From assembly GCA_030525945.1 (NCBI GenBank), contig JAUNDT010000003.1, positions 37,319 through 101,318 on the forward strand: 64,000 nucleotides of DNA. Reading direction: 5' to 3'. Shown here one piece after another: positions 35,765 through 46,086 of this stretch. How positions within the stretch are numbered: the stretch's first letter is position 1; each line of letters starts with the position of its first letter. Below the pieces are notes generated by a model. That model searched no databases, was not told the DNA's origin, and was given only the letters and a program-made list of their open reading frames with translations. Source of the DNA: Coriobacteriaceae bacterium. Its GTDB lineage: Bacteria > Actinomycetota > Coriobacteriia > Coriobacteriales > Coriobacteriaceae. A program made the translations under genes and the position numbers.

Positions 35765-38203
35765 TTAGTGCCGGTTCGCTCCCTGCCGGCCTTGGGCGGC
35801 GCGGTTGCGCGCGTGCGGGTTCGTGCCTGCGGCGCTCTTGCCGGTGGCGCGTCCGCCGGGTTTGCCGGGGTTGGGGCGCCCGTTCTGTTTGGCTCCCACC
35901 CGTCCGCTTGACGTGGATGCGCCCTTCTTTCCGGAGCGTGCCTCAGCGCGGCGCTCGGCGCGATTTTGGGGCTGCGATGCAGCGGTGTCTTCATGCCCGT
36001 GCCCGCCTCGGCTCGTCTTCGGCTCCGGCCGCTGTGCGCGCCCATTGCTGCGCTTGCCTGTCATACTCGTGCCGTTAAGCTTGCCGCCGCCTGCGCCCGG
36101 CTTGGGCGGCACCGGCTTGATCAGGCACTTCGCCCCGTAGCCGATCAGGTCCTCGCGCCCGGCCTTCCTCAGCGCCTCCTTCACCAGCTTGTAGTTCTCC
36201 GGTTTGCGGTATTGGATCAACGCGCGCTGCATGGCCTTCTCGTGCGGGTCGCGCGGGATGTAGACGGGCTGCATGGTGCGCGGGTCCACGCCGGTGTAGA
36301 ACATGCAGGTGCTCATAGTCGACGGCGTGGGGTAGAAGTCCTGCACCTGCTCGGGCATGTAGCCCATGTCGCGCACGGCCTCGGCCAGCTCCACGGCCTC
36401 CTTCATGGTGGAGCCCGGGTGGCTCGAGATGAGATAGGGAACCACGTACTGTTTGAGGCCGTATTCCGCCGAGAGCCGCTCGAAGCGTTCGACGAACGCG
36501 TCGTAGACCTCGCGGCGCGGTTTGCCCATCACCGAGAGCACCGCGTCGCTCACGTGCTCGGGCGCCAGGCGCAGCTGGCCGCTCACGTGGTGCTGCAGCA
36601 GCTCCACCAAAAACTTGTCGGAGGCGTCGGCCATGGTGTAGTCAAAGCGAATGCCGCTGCGCACGAAAACCTTCTTCACGCCGGGAAGCTGCCGTAGGTC
36701 GCGCAGCAGTTCGGCATAGGCGTCCTCGTTCGTGTCCATGTTGCGGCACACACTCGGCCACAGGCACCTGCGGTTCTTGCAGACGCCGTGCGTGAGCTGC
36801 TTTTTGCACGCGGGTTTGAAGAAGTTCGCCGTGGGGCCGCCCACGTCGTTGATATAGCCCTTGAACTCTGGGTCTTGCGTGAGGGTCTTTGCCTCGCGGA
36901 TGATGCTCTCGCGGCTGCGGACCTGCACCATGCGGCCCTGATGGAACGCCAGCGCGCAAAACGAGCACTCGCCAAAGCACCCGCGGTTGCTCGAGATGGA
37001 AAAGCGGATCTCGTCAAAGGCGGGGATGCCGCCCGCCGCGTCGTAATCAGGGTGCCAGTGGCGCGCGTAGGGAAGCTCCGCCACCTCGTCCATCTCGGCT
37101 TGCGTGAGGGGTGCCGCAGGCGGGTTTTGCACCACGTAGACGCCGTTCGGATAGGGCTCCACCAGGCGCCTGCCCGTGATGGGGTCCATGTTCTGCTGCT
37201 GCGTGTTGAATGACCGCGCGTAGTTGAGGCGGTCCTCCTCGAGCTCGTCCCAGCTGGGGAGCATGTCGTAATCGTACACGTTCGCCAGCGCGTCCGCCCC
37301 GCTCGTGCGGTACACCGACCCATTCACAAAGGTGATTTGGTCGACGGGCAGCCCGCCTGCCAGCGCGTCGGCGACCTCCACGATGGAGTGCTCGCCCATG
37401 CCGTAGAGCAGGATGTCGGCGCCGGAGTCGAGCAAAACCGAGCGCTTGAGCTTGTCTTGCCAGTAGTCGTAGTGGGCGAGGCGGCGCAGGCTCGCCTCGA
37501 TGCCGCCGATGATGATAGGCTTGTGCTTGTACACGCTGCGGATGAGGTTGCCGTACACGGTGACGGCGCGGTTGGGGCGCGCGCCCGCGCGGCCGCCGGG
37601 GGTGTAGGCGTCCTCGTGGCGCGGCTTTTTGTTCACGGTGTAGTGGTTCACCATGGAGTCCATGTTGCCGGCCGAGACGAGAAAGCCCAGGCGCGGCTCG
37701 CCCAGCGCCTGGATGCTCTTGGGGTCGCGCCAGTCAGGCTGGCAGATGATGCCCACACGGTAGCCGTGCGCCTCGAGCACGCGGGAGATGATGGCCATGC
37801 CAAAGCTGTGGTGGTCCACATAGGCGTCACCGCAGATGTAGACGAAGTCACAGGCGTCCCAGCCGCGCGCATCCATGTCCGCGCGGGAGACGGGCAGAAA
37901 CGCCTCGCGTCCCGGGCGCCCTTTGGTGCCGGGGCAACGCGCGGGGACGGATGCGATGGCGCGCCTGGAGGTGGGAGCGGCGTTTTTGGGCGTGGTGGCC
38001 GATGCACGCTTGGGGGCGGCGTGTCCAGATGCGGTCGAGGTTCCGTGCTTTTGGGCGGTCGTTTCCGCCTTCTTGGATGTGTTGGCGCCGGCGCGTGCGG
38101 ATGCGGGTTTTCGCGTGCGATCGCCGGGGTTGGTGCCGCCGGGTTGCGTTGCCGGCGCCTGGCGTGCTGTTGAGGGCTGCTTTTTTGCGGGGTGCTTCGA
38201 CAT
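35765..38203 (-). CDS. YgiQ/UPF0313-family radical SAM protein with low-complexity basic tails
   Basis: GDAYVDH, GNMDSMVNHY, GGIEASLRR, RGCFGECSFC, APEH and QVQDFYPTP. The start is uncertain (ORF track gives 38326). Confidence 0.9.
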   Translation of the reverse strand: MSKHPAKKQPSTARQAPATQPGGTNPGDRTRKPASARAGANTSKKAETTAQKHGTSTASGHAAPKRASATTPKNAAPTSRRAIASVPARCPGTKGRPGREAFLPVSRADMDARGWDACDFVYICGDAYVDHHSFGMAIISRVLEAHGYRVGIICQPDWRDPKSIQALGEPRLGFLVSAGNMDSMVNHYTVNKKPRHEDAYTPGGRAGARPNRAVTVYGNLIRSVYKHKPIIIGGIEASLRRLAHYDYWQDKLKRSVLLDSGADILLYGMGEHSIVEVADALAGGLPVDQITFVNGSVYRTSGADALANVYDYDMLPSWDELEEDRLNYARSFNTQQQNMDPITGRRLVEPYPNGVYVVQNPPAAPLTQAEMDEVAELPYARHWHPDYDAAGGIPAFDEIRFSISSNRGCFGECSFCALAFHQGRMVQVRSRESIIREAKTLTQDPEFKGYINDVGGPTANFFKPACKKQLTHGVCKNRRCLWPSVCRNMDTNEDAYAELLRDLRQLPGVKKVFVRSGIRFDYTMADASDKFLVELLQHHVSGQLRLAPEHVSDAVLSVMGKPRREVYDAFVERFERLSAEYGLKQYVVPYLISSHPGSTMKEAVELAEAVRDMGYMPEQVQDFYPTPSTMSTCMFYTGVDPRTMQPVYIPRDPHEKAMQRALIQYRKPENYKLVKEALRKAGREDLIGYGAKCLIKPVPPKPGAGGGKLNGTSMTGKRSNGRAQRPEPKTSRGGHGHEDTAASQPQNRAERRAEARSGKKGASTSSGRVGAKQNGRPNPGKPGGRATGKSAAGTNPHARNRAAQGRQGANRH

Positions 38204-38319
38204 GGCTGAGGTCTTTCTGGTCTGATAGGCCGTTTCGCACTTTGAAGGCATTTTACATCGACACAAGGTGCGGCTCGCGCACCGGGCGGTGGGGGCGCCA
38301 CTTCCCGCCGGTGAAGCTT

Positions 38320-38448
38320 GGTGCACTTTCAGAAAACTCGGAGCACTTTCAAAAACTTAGTGCGCTTTTCGACCATTATTCGCTTTCAGAATGGTTAAAA
38401 AGTGCACCGACTTTTGGAAAGGTGCTCCGAGTTTGGGAGAGGCGCACC
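38320..38448. repeat. ~130-bp AT-rich imperfect inverted repeat
   Basis: ~58-bp arms ggtgcactttcagaaaactcggagcac...gaccatt / aatggt...gtgctccgagtttgggagaggcgcacc around a 12-nt loop. Confidence 0.8.
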
Positions 38449-38500
38449 GAGTTCGGGGGAGCGCGCTTCGGGCCCGATGATAACCCCGGCCTGCTCGCCC

Positions 38501-41302
38501 TCATAGCAGGTCGCCGTGGGAGCTCACGTAGCGCTTCTTCACCATGCTGGTAAGCAGCAGGTAGCCCGCCATCGTAGCGGCGAGCGCCCCAAAGAAAACC
38601 CCAGGTAGCGGAACGAGGCCCAGCGCGTCGCTCGCACCCGGCACACAAGGCGCGAGCGTAACGAGCGCCACGCCGAGCGCCGTGAGGACGGTCAGCAGCA
38701 TCGCGGGGCGGGCGCCGGGCGCAAACGGCAGATGCACGGAGCGCAGCAGGTGAATGACGAGCGTCTGCGTCCACATGGACTCGACGAACCAGCCCGTCTG
38801 GAACGCCAAGATGAACAGCGCCTGCCGTTCCGGACTGGCGAGCGTACCCCAAGCACCTCCGGCAACGAGAGGACACACGACCCAGAACATGACGGCAAAC
38901 GTCGCAATATCAAAAACCGAGCTTACGGGGCCGAATTTGAGCATGAACTCGACGATGCCACGGGCGTCCCAGGTGCGCGGCCGCGCGAGGAACGACTCGT
39001 CCACGCGATCCCACGGCAGCGCGATGCAGCTCACCGTGTACGCCATGCCGAGCATGAGCAGCTGCAGTGACGACATGGGCAAAAACGGCAGGAACAGGGC
39101 GGCGGCGAGCACGGAGAGCACGTTGCCGAAGTTGGAGCTCGCGGTGATCTTGATGTATTTGATGGTGTTCCCGTACGTGCGACGCCCCTCCACAATGCCG
39201 CGTGCGAGCACCGTCAGGTCCTTCTTGAGCAGGATGATGTCGGCGGACTCCTTGGCAACGTCCACGGCGGTGTCGACCGAGATCCCGCAATCGCTCGCGC
39301 GCATAGCGGCGGCGTCGTTGATGCCGTCGCCCATGAACCCCACCGTGTGTCCACCCTGCTCGCGCAGAACCCGCACGATGCGCGCCTTCTGCAGGGGCGT
39401 CAGTTTGGCGAACAGGCTCGTGCGGTCGGCGCGCGCCGCAAGCTCGCTATCCGTGAGCGCGTCGATATCGCCGCCGGTGAGAGCGCCTTGGGCGTCGATA
39501 CCCACGAGCTCGCACACGGTTGCGGCAACGGCCGCGTTGTCGCCCGTGAGCACCTTCACACCGACGCCGAGGCCCGTCAGCTCGCTTACCGCCGCGCGGG
39601 CGCTCTTTTTGGGCGGGTCGAGGAAGGCGAGGTAGCCCATGAGCGTCATGTCGCGCTCGTCTGGCGCATCGAGGTCGCGTGCGGGCACGTTGTTCAGCTG
39701 CGCCACGCCCACCACGCGCATGCCGCGCTCGTTGAGGCCCGCCACGCGCTCAAGGATTTCGCGGCGCAGCTCGTCGGTGAGCGGCAGGACCTCGCTGCCC
39801 ACCTCGACTGCGCTGCACGCGTCGAGCATCTCCTCAACGGCGCCCTTGGTGATGAGCTGGCGCTTGCCAAAGGCGTCCTCGACCACCACGCTCATGCGGC
39901 GCCGCTCAAAGTCGAAGGGGATCTCGTCGACCAAGTGCCACTGGCTGCGCGCGTCCGAGATTGCTCCGGCCTCGGGCGACGTGCGCCCGCCCGCGCGCTG
40001 CGCCTTTGCGTCCATGCTGCGCCCGCCCGCTGCGAGCTTTTCCGCACGCTCGATAATCGCCTCGTCCATAAGGTTGCGCAGCCCCGTCTGGAACAGGCTG
40101 TTGAGATAGGCGTGGCGCAATACGCGGTCGCTGGGGTTGCCCAAAACATCGAGGTATCGCGCCAAAACGATCTTGTCGCGCGTGAGCGTGCCGGTTTTGT
40201 CGCAGCACAGGACATCCATCGCGCCGAGGTTCTGAATCGCCGAGATCTCCTTGACCACCACGCTCTCCGCGCGCATGGCCTCGGCTCCGCGGGTGAGGCA
40301 CGTGGTCACAATCACGGGCAGCATCTGCGGGGTGACGCCCACGGCGACGGAGACCGAGAAGAGCAGCGCATCGAGCCAGTTGCCCCGGCTGATGCCGCTG
40401 AGCACGAACACGACAGGGCACATGACGAGCATGAATCCCATGAGCACCCGCGAGACCGACGCCACGCCCGCGTCGAAGCTCGTGGTGGCGGGCCGCTTGT
40501 CGATCTCGTGCGCGATTCCACCCAGGTACGTGCGCGTTCCGGTGGTCACGACCACGCCCGCGCCCGAGCCGCTCTGCACGGTGGTGCCGGCAAACGCGAT
40601 GTTGGCGCACGCATCGATCGAGAGGGTTTGCTCGCCGGTCCCGCTTGCTTCGGCGTCGAGCGCGCGGGCCGTCTTTTCCACGGGGTCCGACTCGCCGGTG
40701 AGCGCGGATTGGGTGATGAAGAGGTTGGATGCCCGCACGATGCGCAGGTCGGCGGGCACGATGTCGCCCGTGGCGAGCTCGATCAGGTCCCCGGGGACCA
40801 CGGCGGAAAGGGGCAGCCGGACCACGCCCACGCCCTCGCGCGCGCAGTGGCAGGTGGTGGAGACGAGGCTCTTGAGCGCGTCGGCCGCGGCGGTCCCGCG
40901 TGCATCTTGCCAGTACGAAATGGCGCCGGAGATCAGAACCATGATGCCGATGATGACGGCGGTCGACGGGTCTTCGCTGCCGGGCGCGGCCATATACACG
41001 TTGGTGTAGAGCGAAATCGCGGCGAGGGCGATAAGAATGAGCGTGAAGGGCGTGAAAAATGCGCGCCCCAGGCGGGAAAGCGGCGTCTCTCGTGTTTCGG
41101 GCGCGATGACATTTGCACCGTGAACGGCGCGAATGCGAGCGGCCTGCTGCTCGGTGAGGCCGTGCTCGCCCGTCCCGAGCAGGCTCGGGACGTCGCGTGC
41201 GCTCCGTGCGCTCATGCGGGCGATCTCGGGGTCGAGTCCGGCGCCGTGCGTTTGGGCGGCGCGCGGCGTCTCGTGGTGGTTGGTGTGCTTCATCCAGGTC
41301 AT
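38501..41302 (-). CDS. mgtA: Mg2+-importing P-type ATPase
   Basis: LTGES, PQMLP, CDKTGTLT, FDFERRRMSV, MGDGINDA and TASSNFGNVLS. Confidence 0.94.
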   Translation of the reverse strand: MTWMKHTNHHETPRAAQTHGAGLDPEIARMSARSARDVPSLLGTGEHGLTEQQAARIRAVHGANVIAPETRETPLSRLGRAFFTPFTLILIALAAISLYTNVYMAAPGSEDPSTAVIIGIMVLISGAISYWQDARGTAAADALKSLVSTTCHCAREGVGVVRLPLSAVVPGDLIELATGDIVPADLRIVRASNLFITQSALTGESDPVEKTARALDAEASGTGEQTLSIDACANIAFAGTTVQSGSGAGVVVTTGTRTYLGGIAHEIDKRPATTSFDAGVASVSRVLMGFMLVMCPVVFVLSGISRGNWLDALLFSVSVAVGVTPQMLPVIVTTCLTRGAEAMRAESVVVKEISAIQNLGAMDVLCCDKTGTLTRDKIVLARYLDVLGNPSDRVLRHAYLNSLFQTGLRNLMDEAIIERAEKLAAGGRSMDAKAQRAGGRTSPEAGAISDARSQWHLVDEIPFDFERRRMSVVVEDAFGKRQLITKGAVEEMLDACSAVEVGSEVLPLTDELRREILERVAGLNERGMRVVGVAQLNNVPARDLDAPDERDMTLMGYLAFLDPPKKSARAAVSELTGLGVGVKVLTGDNAAVAATVCELVGIDAQGALTGGDIDALTDSELAARADRTSLFAKLTPLQKARIVRVLREQGGHTVGFMGDGINDAAAMRASDCGISVDTAVDVAKESADIILLKKDLTVLARGIVEGRRTYGNTIKYIKITASSNFGNVLSVLAAALFLPFLPMSSLQLLMLGMAYTVSCIALPWDRVDESFLARPRTWDARGIVEFMLKFGPVSSVFDIATFAVMFWVVCPLVAGGAWGTLASPERQALFILAFQTGWFVESMWTQTLVIHLLRSVHLPFAPGARPAMLLTVLTALGVALVTLAPCVPGASDALGLVPLPGVFFGALAATMAGYLLLTSMVKKRYVSSHGDLL

Positions 41303-41577
41303 GATGCATCTCCTATACGGTCGGTGCCGGCGCGCGCCGGCGTGTATGCGTAGAGGGAAATGCGCCCCTGGGGCATCTCAAGTGCGTGATGAGGTTGTGG
41401 GGTGCTCGGGCGTTGCCGCCGGTGCTAGCGGGCGTTGTTGCTGGCTGTGCCGGCGGCAGGCAAGGCGGCCGTTAGGTGCTGGGGCCGCCGGCAGGCGTTG
41501 TCGCTCATGCTGGCAAGCCCTGCCTCATCGGGCCACGTGCCGCAGCGCCATCGCTGGCATGTGGCCCGCGCGTGCTG

Positions 41578-41676
41578 CTACGCCGTAGCGCTCATCTGCC
41601 CGGACCGCTGGGTGCGGCCACAGGACAATCGAGGGTGAGGTGCCTTACGGGCGCTGCTACGTTCCGCGTATTCCAT
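41578..41676 (-). CDS. Candidate 32-aa leader peptide upstream of mgtA
   Basis: Perfect aaggaggt RBS 5 nt before ATG; MEYAERSSARKAPHPRLSCGRTQRSGQMSATA; followed by a strong hairpin at 41529-41568. Confidence 0.4.
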   Translation of the reverse strand: MEYAERSSARKAPHPRLSCGRTQRSGQMSATA

Positions 41677-41884
41677 GGCGCACCTCCTTATGCTTGCGGC
41701 CGGAGCCTGGTTGAATTGCGTGCCAGTATAGGACTGCGCCTGCGGAAGGGCACGGCGTGCGCAATATCCTCACAAATAAGCTAGGTTAATGCTCTGCGAC
41801 ACGCGCGCTGCGCGAGGGCCGCCGCTGCCGGCTCGTTGTATGATGGTGCCCGCATATGTTAGCCGCGTTGGGGGTGAGGTGCTG

Positions 41885-42550
41885 GTGGAGCGCGCCAAGC
41901 AGGTATCTGAGTCCATTGAGCTCGGCGTTATTTTGGCGCTTGTGGGCGGTTTTATGGACGTGTACTCCTACATGGGACGCGGCGGCGTGTTCGCCAACGC
42001 GCAGACGGGCAACATCCTGCTCACGGGCGTCCATATCTCCGAGGGTAACTTCGCCCTGGCGGCGACCTTCTTCTTCCCGGTGTTGTGCTTTGCGCTCGGC
42101 ATTATGGCCAGCGACCTGGTGCATGAGCGATTCGGCAACCGCATTCACTGGCGTCAGGCCACGGTCGCAGTGGAGGCGCTCATCCTGCTCGGCGTGGGCT
42201 TTATCGACGCCGGTCACAATCTCGAGGCGAACTGCCTCACCTCGCTCGCCTGCGGTATGCAGGTGGAGAGCTTCCGCAAGATTCACGGCCGCGGCATTGC
42301 CACCACTATGTGCATCGGCAACCTGCGAAGCGCCCTGCAAAACGTCGACGACTACATGATCACGCACAAACGCGGCTTTTTGGTGAACGGCATGCTGTAC
42401 TTCGGCGTGATCGCGTGCTTTGTGGCGGGCGCCGTGTTGGGCAACTGGTGCCTCGATCGGTTCGGCTTGAGCTCCATCGCGCTGTGCTCGCTGCTGCTGT
42501 TCGTGGCGTTTTGCCTCATGTTCTCCGACCGCGAGGCGAGCAACGACTAG
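41885..42550 (+). CDS. YoaK/DUF1275-family membrane protein
   Basis: GGFMDVYSY..RGGVFANAQTGN and ATTMCIGNLRS. Confidence 0.85.
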   Translation: MERAKQVSESIELGVILALVGGFMDVYSYMGRGGVFANAQTGNILLTGVHISEGNFALAATFFFPVLCFALGIMASDLVHERFGNRIHWRQATVAVEALILLGVGFIDAGHNLEANCLTSLACGMQVESFRKIHGRGIATTMCIGNLRSALQNVDDYMITHKRGFLVNGMLYFGVIACFVAGAVLGNWCLDRFGLSSIALCSLLLFVAFCLMFSDREASND

Positions 42551-42729
42551 CTTCGCCGGCACGGGGAGGCTTTCGTTCCGCGCGCGGGACGGCCCTTGCC
42601 AAGTGCGGGCGATTGCGCCTGCTCGGCCGTCGCTTTACTGCCCTGCGGCGATCGCGGGCGATTACGCCGGCTCGTCTCCGTCGCTCCGCGGCCCTCTCCG
42701 GGCGCGCGCCGGAACTGGCGCGGCGCTCG

Positions 42730-43983
42730 CTATCGAATCGCCGCGCGCACCGTGCCGCCGCCGAGCACCACGTTTCCCGCGTAGACCACAACCGCCTGCC
42801 CCGGCGCGATGCCGCGTTCCGCCTCGCAAAAGTCGAGGCGGATGCAGCGCCCGCCCGCCGTGCAGCTCTCACTGCTGCCTTCCGCGGCACCGCCCTTGGC
42901 GCCGCCCGCCGCGTCGCCCGTCGCCCGCCGCATGCGGCACGCGCGGGTGGGGTGGTGGTAGCGGATCTTCGCGCCCACCTCGAGCCCCGCATCCCCGGCT
43001 TCGTCCAGAAGCTCGTCCATAATGTGCGCCGGCATGCTCCAAATCCAGTCGTCGGCAACAAGCCCGCGCGCCATGAGGTCGTCCGCCTCGCCGAGCGTGA
43101 CGGTGTTCGCTTGCGCGTCGATGCCCGTCACGTACACGGGGTGCGCGCACGCCACGCCCAGGCCCTTGCGCTGCCCGATGGTGTAGCGGATGGCGCCCTG
43201 ATGGCGTCCGAGGACCGTGCCCTCGGCGTTGACGATGTCCCCGGCGGGCAAAGGCGCGCCCCGGCGCTGCTCGATGAAGGCGGCGAAGTCGTTGTTCGGC
43301 ACAAAGCAAATGCCCTGGCTGTCGCGCTTGGCGGCGTTCTCAAAGCCCTGCTCGCGGGCGATGCGTCGCACGTCGCGCTCCTTGACGAGCCCGCCTAGGG
43401 GCAGCAGCGTATGGGCGAGGCGCTCCTGGGTGAGCGAGTACAGCACGTAGCTCTGGTCTTTGCCGGCATCCACGCCGCAGCGCAGGGAAAAGACCGCGCC
43501 CACCCCGCCCGCGCGCCGCGCAATCGCGTCCAGCAGCTCCTGCGCGCCTGTGCAATCGGGCGCGGGGACATCCCGGAGCGCGGCCACCTGCCCGTAGTGC
43601 CCCGTGGCAACGTAGTCGCAGCCCAGCTCCCGGGCGATGTCGAGCAAGGCTCCGAACTTGAGATAGCGGTTGCAGTCGATGCAGGGGTTGGGCGTGCGCC
43701 CGGCCTCGTAGGTTGTTACGAACTTGTCGACCACGTCGCGGGCGAACTGCTCGCGAAGGTCAATCGCCTGCCAGGGGATGCCCAACTTGTGGCAGACCGC
43801 CTCGGCATCTTCGAGGTCGGACAAAGAGCAACACGACCCCGCCCCCTCATCGCCGAGGGTCCGGTTGCAGGTCAGGCGCATGGTGGCGCCCAGGCAGTCG
43901 TAGCCCTGGGTTTTGAGGAGATGCGCGGTGACGCTTGAGTCGACGCCGCCGCTCATGGCAACGAGTACGCGAGGTCGGGACAT
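42730..43983 (-). CDS. mnmA: tRNA 2-thiouridylase
   Basis: AMSGGVDSSV, TPNPCIDCN, ATGHY, KDQSY, DSQGICF, TIGQRKGLG and APGQAVV. Confidence 0.95.
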   Translation of the reverse strand: MSRPRVLVAMSGGVDSSVTAHLLKTQGYDCLGATMRLTCNRTLGDEGAGSCCSLSDLEDAEAVCHKLGIPWQAIDLREQFARDVVDKFVTTYEAGRTPNPCIDCNRYLKFGALLDIARELGCDYVATGHYGQVAALRDVPAPDCTGAQELLDAIARRAGGVGAVFSLRCGVDAGKDQSYVLYSLTQERLAHTLLPLGGLVKERDVRRIAREQGFENAAKRDSQGICFVPNNDFAAFIEQRRGAPLPAGDIVNAEGTVLGRHQGAIRYTIGQRKGLGVACAHPVYVTGIDAQANTVTLGEADDLMARGLVADDWIWSMPAHIMDELLDEAGDAGLEVGAKIRYHHPTRACRMRRATGDAAGGAKGGAAEGSSESCTAGGRCIRLDFCEAERGIAPGQAVVVYAGNVVLGGGTVRAAIR

Positions 43984-44007
43984 GGGTGCTCCTTTGGGCG
44001 AACGGGA

Positions 44008-44943
44008 TTAGGCGAACAGGGGAGTCGACAGGTAGCGCTCGCCGGTGTCGGGCAGCAGGGCGACGATGGTCTTGCCAGCGTTCTCGGGCATCGCGGCGAG
44101 CTCAAGCGCCGCCCATACGGCCGCGCCGGAGGAGATGCCGGCGAGCACGCCCGCCTTCTGGGCGAGTTTGCGCCCGCCCGCGTAGGCGTCCTCCTCGCTC
44201 ACCCGCACGACGCGGTCGATAACCGCGCGGTCCAGCACCTCGGGAATAAAGCCCGCGCCGATGCCCTGAATGCCGTGAGGGCCGGCCTGCCCGCCCGAGA
44301 GCACGGGCGACCCAGCGGGCTCCACGCCCACGACCTGCATGGAGGGGTTTTGCTCCTTGAGGTAGGACCCTGCGCCGGTAATCGTTCCGCCCGTGCCCAC
44401 GCCCGCGACGAAGATGTCCACGCAGCCCTCTGTGTCGGCCCAGATCTCGGGGCCCGTGGTCGCCCGGTGCGCGGTGGGGTTCGCGGGGTTGACGAACTGG
44501 CCGGCGATCCAGCTCTTGGGCGTGCGCTCCGCCAGCTCCTCGGCGCGCGCGATGGTGCCCTTCATGCCCTGCGCGCCGGGCGTGAGCACGAGCTCGGCAC
44601 CGTAGGCGGAAAGCAGGGCGCGGCGCTCCACGCTCATGGTCTCGGGCATGGTGGTGACGAGCCGGTATCCGCGCGCCGCGGCGAGCGCTGCCAGGCCGAC
44701 GCCCGTGTTGCCGCTCGTGGGCTCGATGATGGTGTAGCCGGCGTTCGGCGCGATGAGGCCCGCGGCCTCCGCCTCGTTCAGCATGTTGAGCGCCACGCGG
44801 TCCTTGACGGAGCCCGCGGGGTTCTGACGCTCGAGCTTGACCAGGACGCGCGCGCCCAGGGACTCCTCGCGCTCGATGCGCGTGAGCTCCAGCAGGGGCG
44901 TGCGGCCGATGAGCTGGTCTATGGAAGTTGCGATGGCGCTCAT
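44008..44943 (-). CDS. cysK: Cysteine synthase A
   Basis: [33 protein letters not shown] and GISSGA. Confidence 0.96.
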   Translation of the reverse strand: MSAIATSIDQLIGRTPLLELTRIEREESLGARVLVKLERQNPAGSVKDRVALNMLNEAEAAGLIAPNAGYTIIEPTSGNTGVGLAALAAARGYRLVTTMPETMSVERRALLSAYGAELVLTPGAQGMKGTIARAEELAERTPKSWIAGQFVNPANPTAHRATTGPEIWADTEGCVDIFVAGVGTGGTITGAGSYLKEQNPSMQVVGVEPAGSPVLSGGQAGPHGIQGIGAGFIPEVLDRAVIDRVVRVSEEDAYAGGRKLAQKAGVLAGISSGAAVWAALELAAMPENAGKTIVALLPDTGERYLSTPLFA

Positions 44944-45138
44944 GGGCGCTCCTTACGAATCGGACGGGCGTTTTTGCCCGCGTATGGTTCTCTTGCCCGC
45001 AGATGGTCGCAGAAAACGGGCCATGCGGGGCCAGCGCGGCAACAATTACATACTTGTTTCAAGGGTAAATGCCGCTCGGCGATAGGGGGTTATCTGCTAT
45101 TCTGCAACCAAAGTAGCGTAAAAGGGGGAACGAACGAC

Positions 45139-45588
45139 ATGTTGGTCTCCACAAAGGGTCGGTATGCTCTGCGCGTGATGGTTGATTTGGCCGAGCACGC
45201 GGAGGATGGCCGCATTCCACTTAAGCAGATCGCGACCCGCCAGGGTATATCCGAGAAGTACCTCGAGAATATCCTCTCCTCGCTGGTGCGCGTGGACCTG
45301 CTGTCGGGCCTGCGCGGCAAGGGCGGCGGTTACCAGCTCACCCGCGATGCGGGCGACATCACGATTGGGGAGGTCCTGCGTATCACGGAAGGGTCGCTGG
45401 CGCCCGTGGCGTGTCTCGAGTCCGAGCACAGGGGCTGCGAGCACGCGGCGACGTGCCGCACGGTGCATGTGTGGCGTGAGCTCGACGATCTGATCACGGG
45501 GTATCTGGACGGCGTCACGATTGCCGATCTGGTGCCGAGCGGCGTGGACGCGGACGCGGCTGCGGAGTCGCCGGCGTGTCCTAAGTAG
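45139..45588 (+). CDS. Rrf2-family regulator (CymR/IscR-like, retains 3 Cys), divergent from cysK
   Basis: MLVSTKGRYAL, ISEKYLENIL, GKGGGY and C..C..C in the C-terminal part. Confidence 0.9.
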   Translation: MLVSTKGRYALRVMVDLAEHAEDGRIPLKQIATRQGISEKYLENILSSLVRVDLLSGLRGKGGGYQLTRDAGDITIGEVLRITEGSLAPVACLESEHRGCEHAATCRTVHVWRELDDLITGYLDGVTIADLVPSGVDADAAAESPACPK

Positions 45589-45603
45589 GCGCCTCGCGCA
45601 AGG

Positions 45604-45969
45604 CTAGTCGCTCGTGGCGACGCCCAGGATGGTGCACAGGATGCTCACGATGATGCTGCCCATCAGCGCCGAGCCAAAGCCCGCAATCGAGATGCCGCTG
45701 CCGAGCAGGTTGACCGACAGCCAACTGGCGAGTTCGAGCATGAAGCTGTTGACCACCAGTTGGAAGATGCCGAGCGTCAGGCACGTGAGCGGCAGCGAGA
45801 TGAACGTGATGAGCGGCTTGACGAGCGAGTTCACCAGGCCCAGGAACAGCCCCACGAAGGCGAAGCTGAGCCACGGGTCCGCCGCGCCGAAAGGCGCGAT
45901 GCCGGGGACGAAAAACGTCGCAACGGAGATGGCGATCGAGGTCAAAATCCAATTGAGGAAAAAGCGCAT
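45604..45969 (-). CDS. Phage-holin-family (YvlD-like) four-TM membrane protein
   Basis: LGLVNSLVKPL...SLPLTCLTLGIFQLVVN. Confidence 0.8.
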   Translation of the reverse strand: MRFFLNWILTSIAISVATFFVPGIAPFGAADPWLSFAFVGLFLGLVNSLVKPLITFISLPLTCLTLGIFQLVVNSFMLELASWLSVNLLGSGISIAGFGSALMGSIIVSILCTILGVATSD

Positions 45970-46086
45970 GAAGCGTGCCTTTCGGTCGGGCGCGTGTGGG
46001 GTGCCGGCGCACGGGCGTGCGAGGGCCTCGCGCGCGTTTGCGCTATTCTACCCAAAGCGCGCGTGAGTCTGACGAGATGAGGGTGT

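Noticed and set aside
41303-41800. M-box (ykoK) riboswitch upstream of mgtA
   Set aside because: I could not find the conserved M-box segments by eye; not called without a covariance-model search.
45604-45969. Phage holin as evidence of a prophage
   Set aside because: This family is commonly chromosomal, and no other phage genes are nearby.
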